From positions 15,242-79,241 of the forward strand of contig PBAY01000029.1 of assembly GCA_002717655.1 (NCBI GenBank): a DNA stretch of 64,000 nucleotides. Direction: 5' to 3'. This DNA is from Phycisphaerae bacterium. GTDB lineage: Bacteria > Planctomycetota > Phycisphaerae > Phycisphaerales > SM1A02. Of this stretch, positions 37,059 to 46,188 are shown one piece after another. Made by a program: the position numbers and the translations under genes. Within the stretch, counting starts at the first letter, position 1. Each line of letters begins with the position of its first letter. The notes beneath the pieces were generated by a model. That model searched no databases. It had not been told where the DNA came from and saw only the letters and a list, made by a program, of their open reading frames with translations.

Positions 37059-37934
37059 CTACTGGATTTCGTCATACCTCACGACGCTGGCCTGATCTGG
37101 TTGGGCCAGGTCGGCCAGCATCAGATCCTCTCCGCAGAGGACGGGCCCGTCGAAGTCGGACTGGACGATCTCCAGCAGACGAGCCTCATCGAAGGCTGGT
37201 GGAACGAAATGAGTGAGGATCAGGCATTTGGCGCCAGCTTCCGAGGCAATCTTGCCGACCTGTTCAGCGGTGGCGTGGTAGGAGGCGACTTGATCGATGG
37301 TTTCCTGTGTCCGGACACCTTCTTGAGGGATCATTTCGTGCTTCAGCAGGACGTCATGAACCAGCAGGTCACAGTTTGTTGCCGCCTTGATGAGGTTGTC
37401 GCATGGGCCTGTGTCGCCACTGTGCACCAGATGCTGGCCTGGCTCCTTGAATGAGTAGCCCAGACAGGGGGCCATGGGCCGATGGTCGACCTCAAAGGCT
37501 TCGATCACCATGTTGCCGAGATCCATTTCAGCACCATCGCCAATTTCCGAGACCTCGACATCCAGACCATCAAGTGAAGGTCTTTTTTCGTGCATGGCGC
37601 GACGTTCCAGTTCCGGCCTCCAGAGTTCCAGTAATTGGCCGACGAATTCCTGAGTGCCAGCAGGGCCGACGATCTGTTGGCATCGGTCACGCCCCTGATG
37701 CCAGGCTGAAATGATCAGTTGGAAGAGATCGACAACATGATCAGAATGCAGATGTGTGATCAGCAGGAGATCGATTTCTGCGCCCGAGCAGCCAGCTGAA
37801 AGCAGGCGTTGGGTTACGCCAGAGCCGCAATCGATGAGAATCCTGGCTCCTTGCTCAGTATGAAGAAGCGAGGCGGGGCCGTAACGTCGAGTGTCAACAG
37901 CAGGGCAGCCAGTGCCAAGGAGATGGAGTTTCAT
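37059..37934 (-). CDS. MBL-fold metallo-hydrolase (RNase Z/BN-like)
   Basis: MKLHLLGTGCP... ILIDCGSG ... THLHSDHVVDL (HxHxDH). About 290 aa, as for short-form RNase Z. Confidence 0.7.
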   Translation of the reverse strand: MKLHLLGTGCPAVDTRRYGPASLLHTEQGARILIDCGSGVTQRLLSAGCSGAEIDLLLITHLHSDHVVDLFQLIISAWHQGRDRCQQIVGPAGTQEFVGQLLELWRPELERRAMHEKRPSLDGLDVEVSEIGDGAEMDLGNMVIEAFEVDHRPMAPCLGYSFKEPGQHLVHSGDTGPCDNLIKAATNCDLLVHDVLLKHEMIPQEGVRTQETIDQVASYHATAEQVGKIASEAGAKCLILTHFVPPAFDEARLLEIVQSDFDGPVLCGEDLMLADLAQPDQASVVRYDEIQ

Positions 37935-38015
37935 GTACTCATCATGCTACCGGGAGTTGGCAATCCGAGTTCATTTGATCAGTTCAGCTTCCTGTCGATC
38001 CTGTTCTGATCTGAT

Positions 38016-38045
38016 CAAACAGAAAAGGCCCCCAGTGGGGGCCTT
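38016..38045 (-). terminator. rho-independent terminator downstream of tRNA-Met
   Basis: Minus strand reads AAGGCCCCC-ACT-GGGGGCCTT followed by TTCTGTTTG. Confidence 0.7.
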
Positions 38046-38049
38046 GAAG

Positions 38050-38124
38050 TGGCGATGACAGGATTTGAACCTGTGACCTAGGGTTTATGAATCCCTCGCT
38101 CTAACCAGGCTGAGCTACATCGCC
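38050..38124 (-). tRNA. tRNA-Met (anticodon CAT; elongator type, Ile2/lysidine not excluded)
   Basis: Minus strand reads GGCGATGTAGCTCAGCCTGGTTAGAGCGAGGGATTCATAAACCCTAGGTCACAGGTTCAAATCCTGTCATCGCCA. G1-C72 are paired, so it is not an initiator. No encoded CCA. Confidence 0.85.
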
Positions 38125-38155
38125 AATGATCGATCATTGTAGCCGCATCAATCAT

Positions 38156-40081
38156 TCAGCCACAAGGGCTTGGAGCTGCGGGATTGGATTGGCTGGCCGG
38201 GACCGCTGTGCCGGCTGATGGGGTCTCAGGCAGCCAGCGGGCAGAAATCTGCTCTCTGGCCATGCTGGGGTTTGCTCGCTGGATGGCGGCAGCCATCAAT
38301 CCCATGAACATCGGCTGTGGCTTGAGTGGCCGGCTTGTCAGCTCGGGGTGATATTGGGCTGCCATGAAGTACGGGTGTACATGAAGTGGCAGTTCAAGAA
38401 CCTGCATGATCGGCTGTTCTGGATGTCGTCCTGAGAAGATCAGGCCAGCCTGTTCCAGCTGGTCGATATAGGTGGGGTCTACTTCAAATCGATGTCGGAA
38501 ACGCTCACGAACGAAGGTGGCATTGTCATACAGGTAGCTGGCCAGTGAGCCAGCGGTCAGTGCGACATCCTGCCCGCCGAGTCGCATGGTTCCGCCGAGT
38601 CCCTCGATTTCCTTCTGATCCGGGAGCTCCGAGATGACGCCATGTTCAGGATCTGATCCGAATTCAGTTGAGTTGGCTCCATTGATGCCTGCAACATGCC
38701 TTGCATACTCGATGACGGCCATCTGGAATCCCAGGCAGATTCCAAGGAATGGAACCTTGCTCTCTCGAACCCATCGGACTCCTGCAATCTTGCCTTCTAC
38801 ACCACGTTCGCCAAAGCCGCCTGGAACGATGACGGCATGAAGGTCACGATGGCCGAGCTCTTCGGCGGCATCTGAAATCTCCGTCGTATCGATCCAGCTC
38901 ACGTTGGGTGAGGCGGACAAATGCGTGGCCGCATGTTCAATCGCCTTGTCGATGGAGGCGTAGGCATCACGAAGCGCCGTGTATTTTCCGAGAATGCCGA
39001 TGTTGACCTGGTGCGTTCTTCGGCCGGTGAGTCCGTCTGAGAAGGTGCGCCATTCAGCTCTGGCTTTGTCTTCCTGCACCGTATTCACTCGGCTGTGGCA
39101 GTTCAGGAGAGTCAGGATTTCACGATCAAGACCCTGTGCCCGCATGGCTTCGGGGATCGTGTAGATCGAATCTCGGTCATGCATGGAAATGACACGTTGC
39201 AACGGGACATTCGAGAACATCGAAACCTTTTCGCGAACAGTTTCTTCGACTGGGCGCTCGGCACGGCAGGCGATGATGTGAGGCTGGATGCCGGATTCCA
39301 TCAGTCGCTTGATGCCCAGCTGTGCGGCTTTGGATTTCTGTTCGCCAAGGGTCGGAGGGTCAAGGACGTAGGTCAGGGCGACAAAACAGGCCCGACCTTC
39401 ACCCTCTTCAAATGCGAGTTCTCGCAGGGCTTCGATGTAGAAGCCATTTTCGTAATCGCCAACAGTGCCGCCGACTTCCACGAACACGAGATCAGCGGGA
39501 CCTCCGTCGGGTCCTCCGGTCATGGCCAGCTGTCGAAGTCGTCGCTTCACTTCGCCGGTGACGTGGGGGATCATCTGGACATCACGTCCGAGATAGCCGC
39601 CGCGACGTTCTCGATCAAGGACTTCGGTGTAGATCTGACCGGCAGTTGTGAAATTCTGGACGGAGAGATTCTGATCGAGCATTCGCTCGTAGGTCCCCAG
39701 GTCCATGTCGCATTCCGTGCCATCGTCAAGCACGAATACTTCACCATGGCGATAGGGATTCAGTGTGCCACTGTCGACATTGAGGTAGCCCTCAAGCTTG
39801 ACGGGTGCGACCGCAAGCCCTTTGTCCTTGAGCAGCTTTGCAAGAGATGATGAAAAGATGCCCTTGCCGAGTCCGCTCATCACTGTTCCAAGGACGGCGA
39901 CATAGGCGGTGCGGCCAGGAACATAGCCTTCTGGGTGGGGAGAGAAGAACTCGGTGGATTCCGAGGACTGGCCAAACTGGCTGAGAAATGATCCCACGTT
40001 GTCAGCCGCCGATGATGCTTGATCACCAGCTTGTGCTGAGGAAGAATGTTGGGATCCCTGTGTCTTTCGGGGGTGGGGCAT
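38156..40081 (-). CDS. pyrG: CTP synthase (with N- and C-terminal extensions)
   Basis: VMSGLGKGIFSSSLAKLL, VEVGGTVGD and the glutaminase GICLGFQMAVIEYAR with YHPE. 641 aa. Confidence 0.88.
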   Translation of the reverse strand: MPHPRKTQGSQHSSSAQAGDQASSAADNVGSFLSQFGQSSESTEFFSPHPEGYVPGRTAYVAVLGTVMSGLGKGIFSSSLAKLLKDKGLAVAPVKLEGYLNVDSGTLNPYRHGEVFVLDDGTECDMDLGTYERMLDQNLSVQNFTTAGQIYTEVLDRERRGGYLGRDVQMIPHVTGEVKRRLRQLAMTGGPDGGPADLVFVEVGGTVGDYENGFYIEALRELAFEEGEGRACFVALTYVLDPPTLGEQKSKAAQLGIKRLMESGIQPHIIACRAERPVEETVREKVSMFSNVPLQRVISMHDRDSIYTIPEAMRAQGLDREILTLLNCHSRVNTVQEDKARAEWRTFSDGLTGRRTHQVNIGILGKYTALRDAYASIDKAIEHAATHLSASPNVSWIDTTEISDAAEELGHRDLHAVIVPGGFGERGVEGKIAGVRWVRESKVPFLGICLGFQMAVIEYARHVAGINGANSTEFGSDPEHGVISELPDQKEIEGLGGTMRLGGQDVALTAGSLASYLYDNATFVRERFRHRFEVDPTYIDQLEQAGLIFSGRHPEQPIMQVLELPLHVHPYFMAAQYHPELTSRPLKPQPMFMGLMAAAIQRANPSMAREQISARWLPETPSAGTAVPASQSNPAAPSPCG

Positions 40082-40112
40082 GTCCGAGTGTACCGCGCAG
40101 GTGGGTTCGGGT

Positions 40113-40850
40113 TCAATCCCCTTGCTTGCGATGCCTTGTCACAAATGCCTCGTACTGCTCTGGTGTATCAATGCCCTGATGTTCGCTGGCTCTGACAGCT
40201 ACCGCGATTCGGTAGCCATGCTCCAGTATTCGGAGCTGTTCCAGTTTCTCGGTGGTTTCAGCGGGCGTAGGGCTCAATCCAGCGTAGATCGGCAGAAAGT
40301 CACGTCGGTAGACATACAGGCCCACATGACGGAGCGGAGCAGTTTGACGGTCGCTGTCACGATCATGGGGGATCAGGGCACGTGAGAAATACAAGGCTCG
40401 TTCCTGAGCATCACAGACGACCTTGACCAGATTCGGGTCTGCTGGGTCATCTGCTGGCGACATGGGCGTGGCAATGGTCCCTACCTGGCAGTCATTTCTG
40501 GATTCAAGGATCTCGACGGCAGCATCGATCACTTCCGGGTCGATCTCCGGCTCATCAGCCTGAACATTCACGATGCATCGGCATTGAAGGCCCTCGGCGA
40601 CTTCGGCGATTCGACTGGTTCCATTGACATGATCAGCTCGGGTTCGAGCGGCCTCGAATCCATGCTCACGGGCGGCATCGAGTATTTCATCCGCATCGCT
40701 GGCGATGATGACCTGATCGATGGATCCCGCTCTGGCAGCTTGCTTTGCCACATGGATGATCAGAGGCAGGCCTGTGGCGTCTGCGAGCACCTTCCTCGGA
40801 AATCGTTGGGATTCAAGACGAGCCGGAATGACGGCGATCACCTCTGGCAC
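40113..40850 (-). CDS. kdsB: 3-deoxy-manno-octulosonate cytidylyltransferase
   Basis: VIAVIPARLESQRFPRKVL, NVQADEP and LEQLRILEHG. GTG start. Confidence 0.88.
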   Translation of the reverse strand: MPEVIAVIPARLESQRFPRKVLADATGLPLIIHVAKQAARAGSIDQVIIASDADEILDAAREHGFEAARTRADHVNGTSRIAEVAEGLQCRCIVNVQADEPEIDPEVIDAAVEILESRNDCQVGTIATPMSPADDPADPNLVKVVCDAQERALYFSRALIPHDRDSDRQTAPLRHVGLYVYRRDFLPIYAGLSPTPAETTEKLEQLRILEHGYRIAVAVRASEHQGIDTPEQYEAFVTRHRKQGD

Positions 40851-40853
40851 GGA

Positions 40854-42395
40854 TCAGCCGATCTCGCGAACGAGTTGATCGATCTCCTTGCGGCGATCGC
40901 GAATGTCTCGATAGGTGATGTCCTTGCGAGCGATCCAGGAGCAGATCTCCAGAGCATCTCTTGCATCTTCCGAACTTCGTTCGGTGCGAGCCATCGCAAT
41001 GAGCGACTTCATGAGGTCGTAGCGGATCTCAAGCTCTCGCTCCTGATCGCCCGGCTCGATTTTCTCAAGGGTTTCACGGAACTCGGCAATGGCCTCTGAA
41101 TGCCAATCCTCCTGAGCGAAGCATCGGCCGAGATAATGGCCGGCTCGAGTACGGAGTTTGGGTTCATCCTTGGATTTCTGGAAGCACTCCATGGCAGTGC
41201 CCAGATCGCCTCTTCTGAAGGCAACATCACCCAGTTGGAATTTCAGGGTGCGATCAGTTGGATACTTCTTGGCACGTTCGGCGAACTCCGATGCTTCCAG
41301 CTCAAGCAGTTTCTCTTCGGCTTTCTCCAGTCGATTACGGACTGCAGAAGCCTCTGATTCATTGGCGGATTCCAGTTCTGCCTTCAATTCTGAAACAACA
41401 TTGCGATGGCGGCTGATGGCCAGATCACCTGCATTCATTCGGAATCGATATTCGCCTGTAGCCTCGTGGCCCAGACGGTAGACGCGTTCAGCTTCTTCAA
41501 TTGAATCAGGCGTGCCTTCCCGCCTCAGAAGTTGGGCGTAGCGATTGAGAACATCCGGAGCTTCTGGCGTCTTCTCATAGGCAGCCTTGGCTCGTTCCAG
41601 AACCGATTCCCTCGCCCCTCCGGCACCAGCCAGAGAATCTTCCTGAGTCAGTTCCTGCTGCTTCTTCGAATCCTTGATGAATTCCCGGAAGCCACCTTCC
41701 TTGCCTGCAGCCTTGTCGTAGCCACCCTTGGACATGGCTCGTTGGGCTGAAAGTTCCTTGATCTCATCATCCAGCTTGGAGTCGGATGGGTCCATTTCAA
41801 GTGCCGTGGACCCAGCCAGCATCGCGACATCCCATGAGTTGCACTTTGCCGAGAGCTCCTTCACCTGCAGCAGCAGGTTGCGATTGACCTTCTTGGCAGA
41901 CTTCACTTGAAGAAAGATGCGTTCGGTGAGCTGGTTGGCGAACTCGATCTGCCCGGCAGTGATGGCTGCATCAAGTACCTTGACACCAAGGCTTGGATTG
42001 TTGAACTCACTGGTCCAGGCCAGAATGGCAGCCGCCATCTTGTCGATGGGATTGGGGCCATCGAGCTTCTTGATTTCCTTGGTAAGACGCTTGCCTCCAT
42101 TCTGGAGATGCCTGGGGGCGATCTGCAGAATGCCTTCCTGGCCTTTGAGTGAGCCGGGATCAAGTTGAAGGCCGTGGGCGTAGTACACCAGCGCAGAAGC
42201 CCATTGGTGCGAATCAGCCATGGCCTTGGCATGCTCGAACCATTTGGCAGCCTTGGCCGGATCCGGCTTGAAGACTACGGGTTCAGTAGCGGATTCTTTG
42301 TCGCCTGATTTTTTACGGAAGATGGCCAAGGAAATGATGCTCTGTAGGGGTCCGGAGCCAGAGCTCCGTCCTGCAATTCTAGTCGAGCCATGCAC
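40854..42395 (-). CDS. TPR-repeat protein
   Basis: Helical repeat composition with several recognisable TPR-like A/Y/G patterns. 3 nt upstream of kdsB. Confidence 0.65.
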   Translation of the reverse strand: MHGSTRIAGRSSGSGPLQSIISLAIFRKKSGDKESATEPVVFKPDPAKAAKWFEHAKAMADSHQWASALVYYAHGLQLDPGSLKGQEGILQIAPRHLQNGGKRLTKEIKKLDGPNPIDKMAAAILAWTSEFNNPSLGVKVLDAAITAGQIEFANQLTERIFLQVKSAKKVNRNLLLQVKELSAKCNSWDVAMLAGSTALEMDPSDSKLDDEIKELSAQRAMSKGGYDKAAGKEGGFREFIKDSKKQQELTQEDSLAGAGGARESVLERAKAAYEKTPEAPDVLNRYAQLLRREGTPDSIEEAERVYRLGHEATGEYRFRMNAGDLAISRHRNVVSELKAELESANESEASAVRNRLEKAEEKLLELEASEFAERAKKYPTDRTLKFQLGDVAFRRGDLGTAMECFQKSKDEPKLRTRAGHYLGRCFAQEDWHSEAIAEFRETLEKIEPGDQERELEIRYDLMKSLIAMARTERSSEDARDALEICSWIARKDITYRDIRDRRKEIDQLVREIG

Positions 42396-42471
42396 CCTAA
42401 CGGGGAATCCAGTCCGAGGTCAATGCTCGAGCGGATCTCCTGGGGGTGTCAGGCAGGCCAACCCGTGTGAA

Positions 42472-43011
42472 ATGGCTGCCTTCACGTACCATGTGGCCAT
42501 GCCAGTCGACCCAACTTCTCTTGCAATTCGCCTCCACCCAGACACGGTTCTGAGGGAGAAGGCCCAGCCTGTGGAATCCATCGATGACGAGGTTCGTGCC
42601 GTCGCGGCTCGAATGCTCGAGCTCATGGATGAGGCCGAAGGCATTGGTCTGGCAGCACCTCAGGTGGGGCTCCCCTGGAGACTGTTTGTCACACGTGATC
42701 TGACCGGCCATTCCCCTGGAGTTGTCTGGATCAACCCCGTTCTGGAATGCATTGATTCGTCCACTGAGATTGATGAAGAAGGGTGCTTGAGCTTGCCCGG
42801 GATACTCGTGAAGGTGAACCGGCCGATAGGCATTCGTATTCGAGGATTGAACGAGTTGGGTGAAGAGGTTGTTCAGGAAACTGATGAGCACCTTGCCAGA
42901 GTCTGGCAGCATGAGCATGACCATCTTGATGGGGTCCTCATCATTGATCGCATGTCCTCCATGGACCGTATTCGCAATCGACGCGCCATTCGTGATCTGG
43001 AACGAGGTTGA
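42472..43011 (+). CDS. def: peptide deformylase
   Basis: GIGLAAPQVG, EGCLSLPG and QHEHDHLDG. An alternative ATG at 42499 is equally plausible. Confidence 0.9.
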   Translation: MAAFTYHVAMPVDPTSLAIRLHPDTVLREKAQPVESIDDEVRAVAARMLELMDEAEGIGLAAPQVGLPWRLFVTRDLTGHSPGVVWINPVLECIDSSTEIDEEGCLSLPGILVKVNRPIGIRIRGLNELGEEVVQETDEHLARVWQHEHDHLDGVLIIDRMSSMDRIRNRRAIRDLERG

Positions 43012-43014
43012 GCG

Positions 43015-43929
43015 ATGCGAGTGGGTTTCTTCGGGTCAGGGGCCTTTGGTCTGCCGACACTTCAGTCGTTGATCGAGGGTCATGACATTGCTTTCGTGGT
43101 GAGTCAGCCTGATCGTCCGGCTGGTCGCCGGCGTCAGCTCCGTGCCACGCCCATCTCGGAATTGGCACTTGAAAATGGCTGTCGTCTTCTTCGCCCTGAA
43201 CGGCTGGGGGCAAGTGAGATCGACACGATACGTTCGATTGAAGCGGATGCGTGGGTTGTCATCGCCTACGGCTTGAAGTTGCCGCCGGAGTTGCTGCTCG
43301 ATCGATTCGCCTGCAATCTTCATGGTTCAGTGCTTCCCAGATGGCGAGGTGCGGCTCCGATTCAGCGATGTCTGATGGCTGGGGATGAGGTGGCAGGTGT
43401 GAGTGTGATCACGCTGGCTGAAGTAATGGATGCGGGTCAGATCCTCGGGACTGTTGAGACTCCCGTCGATCCTCTGGAAACTGCCGGAGAGCTGCATGAC
43501 CGTCTCGCGACCTTTGGCCCTGAAGCTGTTGGGCAGGTTCTGAGCTTGCATGAGTCCGGGAGCCTTGAGGCTGTTGATCAAGATGAATCATTCGTTACTC
43601 ATGCAGCCAAGCTTTCTCGGGCAGAGGCCACGGTTGATTTCAATCAACCTGCTTCGAGGGTACGAGGTTGGATTCATGGTTTGACGCCATGGCCGGGTTG
43701 TGATGTGAGCATCGACTCCTCGACGGTTCGCATCAAGCGGGTCAAGGATCATGGTGAAGAAGAGTCCTCTGGCCAGATCGGCTGTCTTGTGACTGAAGAC
43801 CGGATCCAGTGCCAGTCAGGCTGCATTGAAATACTTGAGGTCCAGCCTGCTGGCGGCCGCCCCATGTCATGGCAGGACTATTGTCGTGGTCGTGATATCA
43901 AACCAGGGGTTACCTTGGAATCCGTATGA
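43015..43929 (+). CDS. fmt: methionyl-tRNA formyltransferase
   Basis: VVSQPDRPAGRRRQL and NLHGSVLPRWRGAAPIQR. Confidence 0.9.
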   Translation: MRVGFFGSGAFGLPTLQSLIEGHDIAFVVSQPDRPAGRRRQLRATPISELALENGCRLLRPERLGASEIDTIRSIEADAWVVIAYGLKLPPELLLDRFACNLHGSVLPRWRGAAPIQRCLMAGDEVAGVSVITLAEVMDAGQILGTVETPVDPLETAGELHDRLATFGPEAVGQVLSLHESGSLEAVDQDESFVTHAAKLSRAEATVDFNQPASRVRGWIHGLTPWPGCDVSIDSSTVRIKRVKDHGEEESSGQIGCLVTEDRIQCQSGCIEILEVQPAGGRPMSWQDYCRGRDIKPGVTLESV

Positions 43930-44498
43930 AGCGTTTCATGTTGACACTCTGGGACTTTCTTTCCAGCCCTGCTCGTCCTGAAGCAGAGGCTGCTCCTCCA
44001 TCGCCTCCCGTTTCCAGATCACGTGCCTCAAGAAGCACAGGCATGCAGGCTCGTTATGACAAGCTGGTGGATGACATGAAGGAGCGGTGGGGCATACGCA
44101 TTCACCGGTGGCGTAATCGAACCAGCGGCTGTGCCTGGGAGCTTCGAGACAAGTCAGGTCGTGTGGATCGGATGATTGAATCGCCGTATCCCAAGGGGCC
44201 AATGAGCTGCGCTGTCTTTCTCCACGAAGTTGGGCATCATGCCATTGGTTTCAGCCGTTATTCACCGAGATGCTTGGAGGAGTACATGGCCTGGGACTGG
44301 GCTTTGAGGACCATGGAAGCCGAAGGCCTCAATGTCACGGATGCGGTTCTGAAAAGGCGCGATGATGCCGTTCGTTATGCACTTGCCAAGGCACTGAGGC
44401 GAGGGTTGCGACGTATTCCCGAGCCTCTTCTTCCGTACATGCCTGAAGGTCTGGTCAAGCGACCACGTCGACAAAGGTCCCGACAGGCTGCGGGTTGA
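43926..44498 (+). CDS. small basic HExxH protein (putative zinc metallopeptidase-like)
   Basis: ATGA overlap with the fmt stop. CAVFLHEVGHHAIGF contains HEVGH. Arg-rich N- and C-terminal tails. Confidence 0.55.
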   Translation: MKRFMLTLWDFLSSPARPEAEAAPPSPPVSRSRASRSTGMQARYDKLVDDMKERWGIRIHRWRNRTSGCAWELRDKSGRVDRMIESPYPKGPMSCAVFLHEVGHHAIGFSRYSPRCLEEYMAWDWALRTMEAEGLNVTDAVLKRRDDAVRYALAKALRRGLRRIPEPLLPYMPEGLVKRPRRQRSRQAAG

Positions 44499-44994
44499 CG
44501 TCAGCCGCTGGTGTCGGAGGCGGTTCCATCGATGGTTCAGGAAGTGTGGCTGCTGCGGGTGGCGGATTGATCAGATTTGATTCGCCCCAGTGGGGGCGTC
44601 CCAGCGATGAATTCGAAGCAGGCGCTTCATGATTTGCATCGACGATGATCCGATCGCCTTGTTCAGGCAGCATGCCTTCGAAAAGGTACTCATATCGATG
44701 AAGCAGCCACCACATGCCCGGGCTCCACGCTGTGGGGTTGACGACGGGCTGTACACGTCCAGAGGATGGAGTTGTGCTGATCTCGAACCGATCGGTTGGT
44801 TCGATGGTTGGGAGGGCATCAGCCTCTCCTGCCGGGGGTTCCAATGCCGGGATCGGGTTCATTGGGATGCTGGGCTGTGGCAGCGGGATGGATGCAAAAG
44901 AGGCATTGATGGTATTCATGCCATTCATCCGCAATGCTCGAGCCTGAGGTGACGGATCCCCCCGAACGGCCTCATCCCCGATAACCACACTCAT
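44455..44994 (-). CDS. Pro-rich hypothetical protein
   Basis: 179-aa ORF, convergent with and overlapping the previous gene by 44 nt. Low complexity, so coding status is uncertain. Confidence 0.35.
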   Translation of the reverse strand: MSVVIGDEAVRGDPSPQARALRMNGMNTINASFASIPLPQPSIPMNPIPALEPPAGEADALPTIEPTDRFEISTTPSSGRVQPVVNPTAWSPGMWWLLHRYEYLFEGMLPEQGDRIIVDANHEAPASNSSLGRPHWGESNLINPPPAAATLPEPSMEPPPTPAADVNPQPVGTFVDVVA

Positions 44995-45097
44995 TCAGGT
45001 GCTGCTGGCGTGTATGTGGGAGAATGTCAGCCTGCTCCGCAGGATTGCTCTGTTCCGGATGTTGATCTGCGGAAACATCAGGAGGTGTATTGGCTGC

Positions 45098-46138
45098 ATG
45101 CGGCTCGAGCAACTGGACTATGAACTGCCATCGAATCTGATTGCCACCAAGCCAGCGGTCCCACGTGATCAGGCCAGGCTGATGGTGGTCCATTCCAGTA
45201 GTGGCAGGATCGAACATCATCGAATCAGTGATCTTCCTGATCATCTTGATGCGACGGACATCATGGTTCGCAACCGGTCCCGTGTCCTCCCCGCCAGGAT
45301 CGAAGGGAGCAGGGTTGATACAGGCGGTCGTGTCTCAGGTCTGTATCTGCACAGTCTTGATGACGGCTCCTGGGTAGCCATGTTGAAGAGCAATGGGAAG
45401 CTGCGTTCCGGGCTTTCAATTCAACTTGGTGAGGATGGTCCCGTACTGGAACTGCTTGGCCGAGATGGTGCCAGCTGGATCATGAGATGTGATCGGGATC
45501 AAACCGCTGAGGCTGTTCTTCAATCGCATGGGAAGACGCCTCTTCCTCCGTACATTCTCAGTGCCCGTGGCGAAGAGATGATCGATGAGTCAGAAGATCG
45601 CGACTGGTATCAGACGATCTATGCCCGTGAATCAGGTTCAGTTGCAGCACCTACGGCAGGATTGCATTTCACGTGCGAGCTGGAGGAAGCGCTTCGAATA
45701 AAAGGAGTTTCATTTCTGGATGTTCTCCTTCATGTCGGTCCCGGTACTTTTCAGCCGGTATCCGCCCCGACGCTTGATAAGCATCAGATGCATCGAGAGG
45801 ATTATCAGGTTGAGAAAGCGGTTCTCGACATCATCATGGCGACTGACCGTGCCCGGCGTCTGGTTGCCGTGGGGACCACGACAGCCCGAGTTCTGGAATC
45901 GCTGCCTGAATCCAATCCAGGTCGGGATTGGTCAGCTTCCACAGAATTGATGATCTCGCCTCCATGGACCTGGAGGCATGTCGATGTCCTGATGACGAAC
46001 TTTCACCTGCCGCGATCCACGCTTCTGGCTCTGGTGGCAGCTCGAATCGGGATCGAATTGATGCATGAGGCCTATGCGATTGCGGTAGAGAAGGAATATC
46101 GCTTCTACAGCTACGGCGACGCCATGCTGCTGTTGTGA
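45098..46138 (+). CDS. queA: S-adenosylmethionine:tRNA ribosyltransferase-isomerase
   Basis: MRLEQLDYELPSNLIA, PLPPYI and APTAGLHFT. ATG lies 11 nt after AGGAGG. Confidence 0.9.
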   Translation: MRLEQLDYELPSNLIATKPAVPRDQARLMVVHSSSGRIEHHRISDLPDHLDATDIMVRNRSRVLPARIEGSRVDTGGRVSGLYLHSLDDGSWVAMLKSNGKLRSGLSIQLGEDGPVLELLGRDGASWIMRCDRDQTAEAVLQSHGKTPLPPYILSARGEEMIDESEDRDWYQTIYARESGSVAAPTAGLHFTCELEEALRIKGVSFLDVLLHVGPGTFQPVSAPTLDKHQMHREDYQVEKAVLDIIMATDRARRLVAVGTTTARVLESLPESNPGRDWSASTELMISPPWTWRHVDVLMTNFHLPRSTLLALVAARIGIELMHEAYAIAVEKEYRFYSYGDAMLLL

Positions 46139-46188
46139 ACAACGGCTCATCCCGTCCGATCTATACTCATCGTGTCTGACTTGTTGCC

